Below, in pieces: positions 38,514 to 50,600 of a stretch of 64,000 bases of DNA (positions are counted from its first letter, which is position 1; each line of letters opens with the position of its first letter). Both the position numbers and the translations under genes were made by a program. The notes beneath the pieces were generated by a model that was not told the DNA's origin, did not search any database, and saw nothing but the letters and a program-made list of their open reading frames with translations. This stretch comes from Sarea resinae (lineage: Eukaryota), in assembly GCA_026026165.1 (NCBI GenBank), contig JAPEUD010000009.1:186001-250000 (forward strand). Direction: 5' to 3'.

Positions 38514-39323
38514 TCAACCAACTGTGACGACTTTCTCTGGCTCAAACCCCTCTGACTGAGCAAAGTAATAACCTCTCTGGTTCGTCAACAGCCTCTTCCC
38601 AGTGACGGGGTCCTTGAAATCGCAGTTGAAATGCGTGTGACCAAATGCCCACAGCCTCACTTGTGGATTCGTGAAGCATTCTTCCTTTGACAGATCGGTG
38701 CAGAACCCAGACGAGTGTGGGCTTCTCATATGTTTCGGATCCGTTGCAGCCTCCTCGAGCGACGGGCTGTAATGAGTGAAGATGACGATCTTCCTTAAAG
38801 GGTCGGAGCGTGCTATGAGAGCCACCTGCTCGTTCAACCACGCCAGCTCGGTCTTATGCTCTGCACAATGTTGCTCAATATCCCAGTCCCTGATACGATA
38901 GAAGTCGTTGAGACCGAAGCTGACGTGATCAAATTGGGGCTCTGTAACCTGCGAGAACAGGGTGCATCCAAGGACCGTCACACTCGAAGAAACATCGTAG
39001 CGAGTTCGATCAAGAACGACAAAGGTGCCCAATCTCGGTTCCGCTTGAGCCTTTTTGTTCATCTCCTCAGTGAACTTTCCAAGAGTTTCCTCGGTCTGCT
39101 GCCAGCTAGAGTAGTAAGGCTCATGGTTGCCCGAGACGAAAAAGACGAGCCGAAAATTCCAAAGTTGCTTTTCCAGAAATAATAGAAAGCCGTCGTCTTT
39201 GAAATTACCAATATCGCCTAGAAGGGCTAGATATGGCGCTTTAGGGGCGATCTCGAATACATCATATCCGGCTGGCGCTTCAAGATGAAGATCAGATATG
39301 ATCTGAAATTCAGCCATACTCAT
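38514..39323 (-). CDS. Calcineurin-like metallophosphoesterase
   Basis: Intronless, with the full motif set SDLHLE, LLGDIG, SGNHEPY, FTHYSP, FGHTH, TNQRGY. Likely ATG at 39323 or 39317. Confidence 0.9.
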   Translation of the reverse strand: MSMAEFQIISDLHLEAPAGYDVFEIAPKAPYLALLGDIGNFKDDGFLLFLEKQLWNFRLVFFVSGNHEPYYSSWQQTEETLGKFTEEMNKKAQAEPRLGTFVVLDRTRYDVSSSVTVLGCTLFSQVTEPQFDHVSFGLNDFYRIRDWDIEQHCAEHKTELAWLNEQVALIARSDPLRKIVIFTHYSPSLEEAATDPKHMRSPHSSGFCTDLSKEECFTNPQVRLWAFGHTHFNCDFKDPVTGKRLLTNQRGYYFAQSEGFEPEKVVTVG

Positions 39324-40969
39324 ATCGTGGATCCAAGAATCTGTGACGTGTGGATTGGGAACAATTAGATATCGTCCCGTGATCAATAAGCAAAAAGGTA
39401 CGGTGATTTGTTGTTGTTGTTGTTGCGTGACAGATGACGAAAAGGGAGTTGCTTTTCTCGGCGGGGCAAGACCGTCAACAGCGAATTTGATCTGAAACTC
39501 GCAGGCCTGATTTATACAACCTTCGAACACTAGTCAAATATCCTCCGAATCTGAAAGTATACTTTTCGTCCGCAGCGGTCGAATTTGCGATGTTTCATTG
39601 GCCGCAAGCTGCTGGTGCTGCAACCCACAACTCTAAGCGTCTGCCTGAATTCCCATGCGAGCGCTTTTTATTTATACCGCGAGGATTCAGCAGGATGTTC
39701 AGTAATCCAAGAGACGCTGATCTGGTTAAGAAGAAAGGCGTGCCTTTAACTTATAGATACCCATTAGATAGGGTAGCCTGGGACTCGTCCATGGCTAACG
39801 ATCTCGACGCAAGTTACCTTTGCCGTTGTCATCAGGCCTCCAGCTGCGGTCTTTGTACACTAAGATTGAAATGGCTGGTTGAATAGACATGTCTGTATCA
39901 GCTAAGACACAAGGCAGCCGTCGACAAGGCACAGTGAAACATAATCCTGAAGTCCTAAAGCCAAAGGATCCGCTGAACTGCAGTAGGCTTTTCGAAATTA
40001 TCACAGGGTCAGATCAAAAGCCGTTGGGAAGCTCAAGATTGCCGATCATCCACTATCGATGTCTCGAGAGCACTGCTCTCAGTCAGGTCTCATGTCCCAG
40101 GCATGGGTAATATGATAAAGCGCGTTTGTTGAAGGCAGAGTCATGGATTGGCAGGCTCAGGCTGACATTGATTGTGCTATCGAGAGAAGGAATGAGTACC
40201 CCTCAGGAATTGATGATGAAATAGTCTTGGTATATGCTAACCGGCATAAGTGGCCCGTAAGCTGGTGGCAAAGCATAGCATCCTTGGTGTCGAATCCACT
40301 GGAGACCACAGTCGTGATCTTAGGGGTCCCCTTCCCTCACTCTCAGTATCGGCCAAAATAAACAAACGAAAAAGCGTCGACCGGACAAAAAAAAATTCAG
40401 ACTACTCTTACGAATAGTCCTACGAAAATCCCACATAAGGGATTTATCTCATCAGATGTTCTCTAGAAGTGAAAGGCTGCCTTCTTTCACTAAGACATTA
40501 TGGTTGAATGATAGATACTGCGCAGACTTCTCTAGACGGCGTTCGAACACACCGCTTTCGAGATAGAGGTCGAACCGCGGACCGTTAAACCAACATGGCC
40601 TTTCTGTGCTATGGATGGTCTTATTCATGTTTATATGGGGTGACTTGAGGGATTCGCTGCGGTCGAGTTCCTGGACGGGCTGGGGAAGACTACGCATGTA
40701 CGATTGGTCGCATTCGCTGACGTGTTTCACAGCCCATTAGCATGCCGACCTTTAGAGAGTTGTGAGCTCACGCATCATGACCGAGAGGACGTTTTTGAGG
40801 AAGGAGGTATGAGTTCGAAACGGCCGCAAGGGGCCGTACTTTAGTGATTTATATTCCTTGTTGCTTGCAATTTCAATACTAAACGACACAGGTATTAATC
40901 CCACGATCTCGATGAAAAAACGCTGGATCAATCGACAAGCAAGCACTGAACGAGGATGCAATATCCTTC

Positions 40970-42368
40970 TCAATTATATGGCTCAACCTCTCCCTCAAGC
41001 AGAGCTCGCCGAGAGAGATGAGGAAACCCCGGAACTCGATCAGGAAAGCCCTCACGCCCTCGATACTCTCTAATTCGCTCAGCAATCTTCTCGTCCGATG
41101 TGGCCCACCAGAACAGTGAATGCCGCGCTTCTACCGGCCATTCCTTCCTGTACGACGCCCAGCCTCTCGAAAGTTCCTCTCCGCCGTACGCTTCCAGCTT
41201 CAATCCGACTCCAACCTCGAGATGTCCACCGGAGAAATATGTGTCGGGAAGGAATGGCGTATCCATGTGCCTGACACTTCCGCCATAAAAGTCAAACATG
41301 CCGCGGGAAGCCAGATATTGCCCTTTATCTTCTGGCCAGCCCGGTTCATCCGTCCACGTGTGCATGAGAAGCAGCTCGATGATATCAGGAGGTCGAAGAT
41401 GAAGACGAGCATTGTTGACAAAGAGATTCATGTCGCTCCATCTCGGGTACGGGACATCGCCAGGAGACCACTGGAGGTACCAATTCCCCGTCCCCATCAC
41501 CTTTCGCAGCAGGTATCCATAGATGAAATCATACACCTCGAGCACATCAAAACTCTCCTGCAAGCTCATCTCCTCGTTGTCTTTCCACATGTGGTGGATC
41601 TGGCTATACCGCGTGTTCCGCTCGGTAGACAGATGATACGTGGACGCATGCGCAAGACGCAGGGCTTCAATCGCCAACCAATGCGCCGTGGTGGCCGCGT
41701 AGAAACGGCCCGTTTGCTCACTATTGAATGACCGCTGTTTCGACGAGATAAGACAGTCCTTCAAAGCGGGCACGGGCGTCTCCTCCGTCAGCTTCAGGGT
41801 ATCTACCAGCGTGTGCACATCGTAGGGAAACATGGAGTCGGAATACGCCTGCTGGATAATCGGATGGAGATACAGGTCCTGGATCAGGCGAAGGCCCTGC
41901 CAGCGGCAAACAATTTCCCAGACATGCTCATCGGATATATTTCTGCATTCGGTACTGTAGCAGGCCTTGAAGACCGACGAATCCGGCCGACCCGTGGTTC
42001 GATCTGCTGCTTCGGTGATGGCAGAGGCGTGTGCTTGATTTACGTCTATGAATCGGCAGAGACGGACGTCGTATTTGTGGATTTCAGAATTGAGCTGCGA
42101 ATTTTTCGCGTCAGATGGATACTCAATTGCATTGGCGCGCGCACATACACCACCGGGAAGATTTTCAGGGGAAAGGATTTTCGTGCGGCAGGGTGAGAAC
42201 GCTTACAATTACAGACCTCATGATGACGAGTCTGTTCCTACCGGCTTCAAGGATGTCATGGAGACGGCGACAGCTGCGTGCCAGGTGGTAGACGTCGTCG
42301 ATGTTCTCGAGGCTGCGGTAGAGCAGGAGCATGAGCTCAGCGGGGAGATTTGCGAGAAGAACCGTCAT
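40970..42368 (-). CDS. Hypothetical protein with N-terminal F-box-like motif
   Basis: Exon 42368-42207 (LLANLPAELMLLLYRSLENIDDVYHLARSCRRL); intron GTAAGC..CTGAC..CAG 42206-42095; exon 42094-40970 is open in frame. Confidence 0.78.
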
Positions 42369-43036
42369 TGCTAGGTGCTCGGTATTGACAGCGTCTAGAA
42401 TAGGAGACGTCGAATACGAGTGATGTGAAGCTTCGATAGACTGGTAGACTGATACAGCCAGACAGCACGATAGGTAGAGTCTCCAACAGTAGAGTTGGTT
42501 TTAGTCGTTGCCACGACAGATATATAGGACGCTCGAGAAGAGCACAGTTTCCAACGAGATCATCTTTGATTCTGGCCGAGCTTGGAAGAGTCCTCAACGC
42601 GGCCAAGCAAGCCAGCCAGGCAGCCAGGCAGTGCAAGAGAGCAAGGGAGCGAGTGTGCGGCGTCGCTGTTGCTGGAGCGCGGCGAGGACGAAACGGAAAC
42701 GAAACGAACCTGCTACAGCAGAAAGATGGGGAGGCTGGCGGGAGCGGGACGACGGCGCACAACCTCCGCCGCGGGCGCCCGCACGCACGGGGAAACTACT
42801 GAAGTAAACCGAGCCCGCCCGCCGTCACGGTAGGGCGGGGGGACTTTTTGCTTTTGCTGCTGCTGGTTTGTCGATCATATCTTATCGACCGCGCGTGCTT
42901 GACAGCGGAGATCTTATCCATCTAATCTACGTCGGCTCGCGATCACGATCAAACGGGACCATCAACACCAAGAAATTCCATCGTCCGAGTTCGGCGACTC
43001 AGGCTCGCACCTCCGCCAGCCTTCAAGGTCCATGAA

Positions 43037-43043
43037 TGAGTCA
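43037..43043. promoter_or_regulatory. Gcn4/CpcA site upstream of ARG7
   Basis: Exact TGAGTCA ~125 nt before the ATG; one-mismatch copies near 42995 and 43101. Confidence 0.65.
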
Positions 43044-43164
43044 CCAGCATCGAATCGACCAGGAGGATATTGAAATTGAAGCCCATCTCCGCAATTGCTC
43101 GGACTCAATTGCAAGATTGTCACAACATCATCTCCATCTGTCAGATCTGGGTCGCTTTGCACTC

Positions 43165-44769
43165 ATGTCAACACTCGCCATGGCGCTCAAACCTCCCCTT
43201 CGCATCCCGATCCAGCATCTCCGTCTCAAGCACTTCCACCTTACTTCCCAACTCCGCGCCTACTCTGCTCCATCCCCCCACGCCATTCCGCCTTCCAAGG
43301 TCCAATACGTCCCCACCTCTGGCACCTACCCCCGAGGCTTCCTCGCCTCAGGCACCCACGTCGGCGTCAAGGCGTCCAACACCTCCTTTCCCGACCTCGC
43401 TCTCATCGCCTCCGAGACACCTTGCTCGGCCGCCGCCGTCTTCACGAAAAACAAGTTCCAAGCCGCGCCCGTGGTCGTCAGTCGAGAAGTCCTCCGGAAG
43501 AAAGGCGGAGACGGCATCCGTGCTGTGGTGGTGAATTCGGGATGTGCAAACGCCGTGACGGGGCGCCAGGGCCTGCTGGACGCAGAGGCTATGGGCGGGG
43601 AGGTGGATAAATGCCTCGAGCGCGCTGAAGAGGGTGCCTCGACGACGACACCACAGGGCAAAGAATTAGACGGAGAAAGCTCAAGCAGCAGCAGCAGCAG
43701 CAGCACGTTGGTGATGAGCACCGGCGTAATCGGCCAACCGCTGCCGATCGCCAAAATCCTCTCCAAGATCCCCACGGCGCACTCCACGCTCGGCAGCTCG
43801 CATGCGCATTGGCTCGCCGCCGCCCGCGCCATCTGCACCACGGACACGTTCCCCAAGCTGCTCTCGACGACCTTCACGCTGCCGTCGGCGCCGGGCGTGA
43901 CGTACAGCCTCTCGGGAATGTCCAAGGGGGCCGGCATGATCCACCCGAACATGGCGACCTTGCTCGGCATCGTCTGCACCGACGCCCCAATCGCCTCGGA
44001 CGCTCTGCGCCCGCTCCTCAAATACGCGGCCGATCGATCATTCAATGCGATATCCGTCGACGGCGACACGTCGACCAACGACACCGTCGCGCTCCTAGCC
44101 AACGGCGCCGCCGGCGGGCCCACCATCACCCTCCCCACGACCACGACCACCAGTACCACAACATCCCAAGAAGACTACGACGCCCTCCAAACGCACCTCA
44201 CGACCTTCCTCTCCACGCTCGCGAAGCTCGTCGTCCGCGACGGCGAGGGCGCAACCAAATTCATCACGATCCGGGTGTGCGCGTCGCCCTCGTACGCGGC
44301 GGCCAAGAAGATCGCCTCGACGATCGCGCGGTCGCCGCTCGTCAAGACGGCCATGTACGGGCGCGACGCCAACTGGGGCCGCATCCTGTGCGCGACGGGC
44401 TACTCGCTGATCGACGACGCCAGCGCCGCTACGGCCACGGCTACGACTACAGCCACGGGGACGGAGACGGAGACGGGCTCGGGCTCAGGGGACGTGGTGA
44501 TTCCCGAGCAGACGAGCGTCAGCTTCGTGGAACGGGCCGACGGGGACGGGGACGGCGACGGCGCCATCACGCGCGAGCTGCGCTTGCTGGTCAACGGCGA
44601 GCCGGAGCGCGTGGACGAGGCCCGCGCGGCCGAGATGCTGAGCCGCGAGGACGTCGAGATCGTGGTCCGGCTCCGCAGGGACGAGAAGGACGGCGCCGAG
44701 GAGGCCGTGTATTGGACGTGCGATTTCAGCCACGAGTATGTTACCATCAACGGGGACTACAGGACTTGA
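43165..44769 (+). CDS. ARG7: Ornithine acetyltransferase (ArgJ family), mitochondrial
   Basis: Intronless; [49 protein letters not shown] (autocleavage site), [40 protein letters not shown]. Start at ATG 43165 or 43180. Confidence 0.96.
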   Translation: MSTLAMALKPPLRIPIQHLRLKHFHLTSQLRAYSAPSPHAIPPSKVQYVPTSGTYPRGFLASGTHVGVKASNTSFPDLALIASETPCSAAAVFTKNKFQAAPVVVSREVLRKKGGDGIRAVVVNSGCANAVTGRQGLLDAEAMGGEVDKCLERAEEGASTTTPQGKELDGESSSSSSSSSTLVMSTGVIGQPLPIAKILSKIPTAHSTLGSSHAHWLAAARAICTTDTFPKLLSTTFTLPSAPGVTYSLSGMSKGAGMIHPNMATLLGIVCTDAPIASDALRPLLKYAADRSFNAISVDGDTSTNDTVALLANGAAGGPTITLPTTTTTSTTTSQEDYDALQTHLTTFLSTLAKLVVRDGEGATKFITIRVCASPSYAAAKKIASTIARSPLVKTAMYGRDANWGRILCATGYSLIDDASAATATATTTATGTETETGSGSGDVVIPEQTSVSFVERADGDGDGDGAITRELRLLVNGEPERVDEARAAEMLSREDVEIVVRLRRDEKDGAEEAVYWTCDFSHEYVTINGDYRT

Positions 44770-45273
44770 ACCCTCTTGCTTGCTTGGACATTCCCGACGG
44801 GGTCTTCTTTCCCGGGGTCTTTCTGATTTTGCGCATCGGGCGGAGAGGGCCGAGGTTTAGAGAGTGAGGCGTATAGTTTGAACATGACATTAGAGAAGAT
44901 ATCTGCAGCATCCATCCCAGCGAAAATAAATGTCATCCATGCGTAACATACTGCGCAGTACAGAGACCATCCAACACGTTACAACCTATGAATCAGTAAA
45001 GTTCCTACGCTTTTCGTTTGGTCTTTCTCTCTATACAAATCCTAGAGTACAAGTTACGGGACCCCCTTCCCCTCCCCCTAAGAAACTTTTCACCGACACA
45101 CACCGATACACGCGCGTTATGACTACTCCGAGGTACGAGAAAGAAAGCCTAAAGACGTCTCGTCATGTGCTCGGCTTACTGGCCACTAAGGGGTGGCAGC
45201 TTTTGCAGCAAAAGATCAATGATGCTGCATTGCGGGACGATAGACTGATGAAGGAGCACCCAAATCAATCCAA

Positions 45274-47022
45274 CTATCCCATGACCATTCCTTTCAGACC
45301 AGCCATATCACCTTCTTTGGCTGCAATTTCAAAGTATCCGTAGATGATGCTAGAAGGTGTTGTTAGGGCCAAATAATCAGAAATCAAGGTACGGATGATA
45401 CTTACGTGACAGCCAAAAGAATACCAGTACCGGAACCCAAAGCACCGAGCAGGTCGCTAGCCACGGACAAAGCACCGATGCAGGCACCACCGAAAGCCGC
45501 AGCCGTAGGGATGACCCTCTTCAATTCCTTGTACATGCTCTGCTCACGGTGACCGGCCATGACCATTCCCTGCTCCTTGAGCTGCTTGGCAACATCGCGG
45601 GGGCTAGATCCAGATACCTCAATCCATGTCTTGGAGAAGACGGCACAGGCAATGAGCATATAGGCGATATAGGTAGCCGTGTGGATAGGGTCGAGAAGCG
45701 CCTCAGAGAAGTTGAGCGGCGGTGACATGTAGTATGCAATACCAGACGCGGCGTAGAGCTGAGCAGAACCTTCACGGGGCTCCCAGACACCGATCAGACG
45801 GACGAGCAGGTTGTCAGAGAAGCGCGAGTAAAGCATCTGGCTGACGAGGAAGATGTTGGACGACAGGGCTGATTGGAGCATGATGGGCATGTTGGAGGTG
45901 TAGAACAGGCGGACCGGGTATGAACCACGCACACCCCTTTGGCGCGAAGACTTGACGGGGATCTCAACGCGGAAGCCTTGAAGGTAGATGACAGCACCAA
46001 AGACGAGAACGGTCGCAAGAAGGTTCATGATGTTGGGAAGGTTTTGTCGGTAGAAGGCCTCACGGAGAGCACGCTGCTTGTCACTCCACGTCAGAAGAAG
46101 ATGGAACAGAGCGATGACGGCACCCTCGAATTCAGGTCCACGGCCAGTGTTGATGGTAGTCGGCGAGAAAGCTTTCCAGATGATGGATTCGCAGATGTTG
46201 GTCGCGATGAACAGGGAAATACCACTTCCAAGACCATAGCCCTTCTGGAGGAGCTCATCCAGCAGGATAACAATCAGACCAGCGATAACGAGTTGGACCA
46301 CCAGGAGGACGCAGACGCCAGCACCGAGATCGGATGGCTGACCGTACAAGCCGGTAAGGACGTATACACAGGCCTGGCCAAAGGAAAGGATGATGGCGAA
46401 AACTAGATGGGAACAATCAGGGTATGTACGATTAAAGAAAGGACATAGGCATACGCTTTTGAGCAGTCTGGTAGAGTTCACGGTCCGCCTTGAGGTCAAG
46501 GTTGACATCAATAAGATGTGTTCCAGCAAGAAGCTATGCGGCCGTCAGTCCAACGACATTCATGCGCGAAAAGACCGCCAAAGGCGTACCTGGAAGACCA
46601 TCCCAGAAGAGATGATGGGCGTGATACCCAGCTCCATCAGCGTTCCTCGATTACTCGCCAGCATCATTCGCAGCCAGTATAATGGATCCGAAGTGTCGGA
46701 CGAGACAATACCGTACAAGGGCATTTGACTCATGACCAAGAAGATCAACAACGTCAACTGGAAAAGGCCACACGTCAGCAACTGAGCGCATTTGTCCAGA
46801 CCGTCGAAGGCACAACTTACCCCCGTCCACATCATCCGTTGATTGAATGGAGTCTTCGTTTCAGGCGCCGACACCTCCGGAAGGAGGGGGGTGAAGGGCT
46901 TGATCAGATCAAGAAACCGTACTGCCATGTCCCATTCATTAGCTGATGCTCCCCAACCTCGAGCTGCTTTTGCCAACAATGCTGCACGCAAAGATGTCAT
47001 AGGGGGACTCACGGCCGCTCAT
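45274..47022 (-). CDS. SEC61: Protein transport protein Sec61 alpha subunit
   Basis: 10-nt first exon (47022-47013) gives [68 protein letters not shown]; terminal exon ends GLKGMVMG*. Confidence 0.97.
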
Positions 47023-47477
47023 GATGGCAATCCTTCCCAATTACCCGACCACCAAACAAAAAGGGAAGAAGTCAAAGGAATGAAGAAGAAGAGGAGATCT
47101 CGCGCGATCGACGAGGAAGAGAAGGTGGGAAGAAGAGGGGGAGGAGGAGGATGATGCAGTGAGAGGAGGGAATAGAGAATGAATCGTCCAAGAGAACAAG
47201 AGGACAGCGAAGGGTACGAGCGAGCAGTTGCTGCTGCTTCACTGCAATTACGCGAAATGTACCTGGAAAGGAACGAGGGAAGGCCAACTTGGTCTTTTGG
47301 TCGGTGGGGGAAATCGCCGTGAGGACACATTTCGGCCATCAGGGACCACATCACGTGACGGAAATAGCCTCGTTCCCCTGACTGCTGTCACATAAGGAGA
47401 CAACACAACACTGCAGTCACGGACGACGCATGCCCATCGTGATACATGACCGTCAATCGATCTCGTCGCCGCAGTGA

Positions 47478-47522
47478 ACAGTTACTCGACAGTTACTCGA
47501 CAGTTGCTTGACAGTTGCTTGA
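47478..47522. repeat. 4 x 11-bp tandem repeat
   Basis: ACAGTTACTCG x2 followed by ACAGTTGCTTG x2. Confidence 0.9.
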
Positions 47523-47682
47523 AGCGGTGACGACATTATGGATTTCTAATAAGGCCCCCTTGAATACAAAATGCGAAGCCAGCTCGAACAAGCTGTGGCC
47601 CGCCTGAGAAAACCGTATGGGCAAGAAGGCAAACAATATCTACAGAATAGAGAAACGAATATGCTTCAAACCAAACCGAGGT

Positions 47683-50600
47683 CTAAGTATCATCCACAAG
47701 CCTCTTAGCCTCATAAGCCTTCTTGGCCTCCCGTTCAAGACTTTCCAAATCACCACTCATCTCGCACATGCCCTTGAACGCTCCTCCGTCCTTTCTTACT
47801 AGATGCCAAGGATCGTCGTACTCGACCACACGGCCTTTGTCGAGCACCAGCACCTTGTCATAATCGATGATTGTTTGCAAGCGGTGTGCAATCGTGATGA
47901 TGGTGCTCCTTAGCTCTCTTATCGTCTCTTGAATCTTCGCATCCGTAGCATAGTCAATCGAAGCCGTTGCTTCGTCCATGAGGAGAACGTTAGGGCTTTT
48001 GAGGAGGGCGCGAGCAAGACAGAGTAGTTGTCGTTGCCCTTGAGACAGGTTAGAACCCGACTCGGTGACGTGGGAAGTCAGATCGAGGAAAATGTTTTTG
48101 TTGTCTGAGTGGGTGGGTGTGCTCGTCCCATTGGCTCCGTTGGGGATGCTGGGAGTGCCAGAGGGAGTAGGGGTAGCAGAGGTCGAAGCTGCTGTCGAGG
48201 GATCGATGAGATGCACGCGACGGAGGGCGTTAAATATCTCTTCATCTGTGAACACGCCGAACGGATCGAGATTGCTACGAATCGTGCCAGTGAAGAGAGT
48301 AGGATCTATATGTGCATTAGTTGCATGCTGCTTGTGATCTTTGGTGAGAGCTTTACCTTGAGGTACTATGGTGATAGACTCCCTCAGATCTCTGAGCCCG
48401 ATTAGGCCAATATCGACATCATCGATCAGGATCTTGCCCTCTTCGGCCTCCAGACCCCGGAAAAGGGCCAGCGCCAGCGAGCTTTTGCCAGCACCGGTCC
48501 TACCAACAATACCTACTTTTTGTCCCGGAGAGATATGGAAGCTCACATTTCGCAGGACTGGATCGAAGTCTTCGCGGTATCGAGTGGTATAATTGATGAA
48601 TTGCACGGAGCCTTGGCTGGGCCAATTGGCAGGCGGTCTCATGTCAGGTATGACGGGAGCAGATTCCTGCTCTACATCGAGATATTCCTTGATGCGTTCC
48701 ACCCTTTTTCTCGTCAGGTAAAGACATTCGGCAGCGGATCGGGATACTTACGAGTTCATATTTTGCTCATTGTTGGCGTAGAGTCGAACAAGCCATAGGA
48801 CGTTTTCTGTGAACGTGACAGCGTAAGTCAACGAAAGACCAGCGGCACCGGCATCAATCTTTCCAGTGCTAAGAATAACAAACGTCCCAGCAAAGAAGGA
48901 TACGAGAGCACCCGTGACGTCAACACGGAAGGAGAGCCATCGGTTCGCAGCCCACAGATATATGAACGGCCGATTGTGCGTGTTGACACGGCTTAGATTG
49001 TCCCGAACGAATCGTTTCTCATCCGCATATGCACGAATGGTCGTAGTCCCGGTGAGCGTTTCTCCGAAATGTTGATACAACGGACTTCGTTGGACAGACT
49101 CCAGCCTTTTGAGATCTCTTGACGTGTTGATATAGAATTGGCCGATGAAAAAGTACATGGCGCTGATGAATACGCCAGCAATAAGGAATCCTGGGGTGAT
49201 CACTGAGATGAGTATCACAATGGTGATGACAGAAGCGAGGCAATGAAGCATTCCCACCGCTACCGGTGCAACTTCTTGGTCCACGGCTTCAATGTCCCGA
49301 GAGAATCTATTCATGATCTGTCCCAGCGGCGTCGAGTCGAAGAACCTTAATTTCGCGCGTGTGACTGATTCGAGGAGACGCTGATGTATTTTCCAGGAAG
49401 CAGAAAGTGAACCACCGAAAAGGACGCCTTCTCTGACAAAGGTAATGACCATGAAAGCGAAACCAAGGAAAGCGTAGATTCCTAGATAATAGGGAACATT
49501 GACCTCGGCCGATGATGCTGTTGAAAATCCTTTGGGTGTCTGCTTTGTGGAGAAAAGCATATCCCACCCACATGTGCCACGCGTGAAGCAATTGCCATAA
49601 AGAGCATCACGACCGGTATGAACATAGTTCTGTACCGGCGGTTCGGCGGAAGTCCCGGTGACCCCGGTGGTAGCGATTGCATGATAATGATAAGCGTTGG
49701 CCCAATTTCTGATCCAAACGTTGGTTGCGACAGACGAAATCTGTTGCCCGGCAAAAACAACCAACGCAGCAGTCCAAAATGGCCACGAGCCCATGGCGGC
49801 AAGGTACAGATGTATTATTTGCAGTTTTACACCTCCTTCAGCTTTTCCTTCAGTCCTTAAATTTGCGTTTCCAGGCCCATTGGCGGGCTCCTTTGGTTTG
49901 CTTGCCTTGCCGTTGAGGCCATTGTCGATAGTACCATTGGTGCCATTCGCATGTTCACCTTCTCCAAGGGCCTCTTCCCCTCCCACATCGGACGGTACGC
50001 GTGAGGGCATAGTGGAGGCTGGCTTTGAGGCAGGCCTTGATCTTGACATTTCTTCGCCCAGGAGTCCGGATTCGATAACCTCTTCTGGGGAACCTTGTGA
50101 TGCAATTCTTCCATTCGCAAGGATCACGACCATTTTAGATTTCGGTACACATAAAGCGACGTTGTGCGTAACCAAGACACACGTTCGATTGTACATTAGT
50201 GGCCCCATGATGCAATGATCGAAGATCCACTTGGCGGTGTGCGAGTCCACAGCGCTCAAGCAGTCATCCAGCAAGACATGACGAGAGTTGCAATATAAGG
50301 CCCTAGCGAGCGAGATCCGCTGCTTTTGACCGCCCGACAGCGTAATGCCCTTTTCACCCACCAGAGTCTCATCACCATTGTCAAGAATCTGCAGATCTTT
50401 TTCGAGGGCACATGCTACGAGGACGGTTTTGTACCTTCGTTCGTCCCAAGGGCTGGCAAAGATAATGTTTTCTTTGATCGTATCGTTGACGAGCCAAGCT
50501 TGTTGGGAACAGTACGCCACACTCTCAGTCAGACCAGTTTCTCGGTCCACGTGAAGATCTTCCCTGCTGTGTCCTCCAGGCAGATAGACCGAGCCTTCCA

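Noticed and set aside
43036..43164. N-terminal extensions suggested by the ORF track (ARG7 43036, ORC2 38200, phosphoesterase 39530)
   Set aside because: They overlap promoter elements, and the downstream ATGs fit the expected N-termini better.
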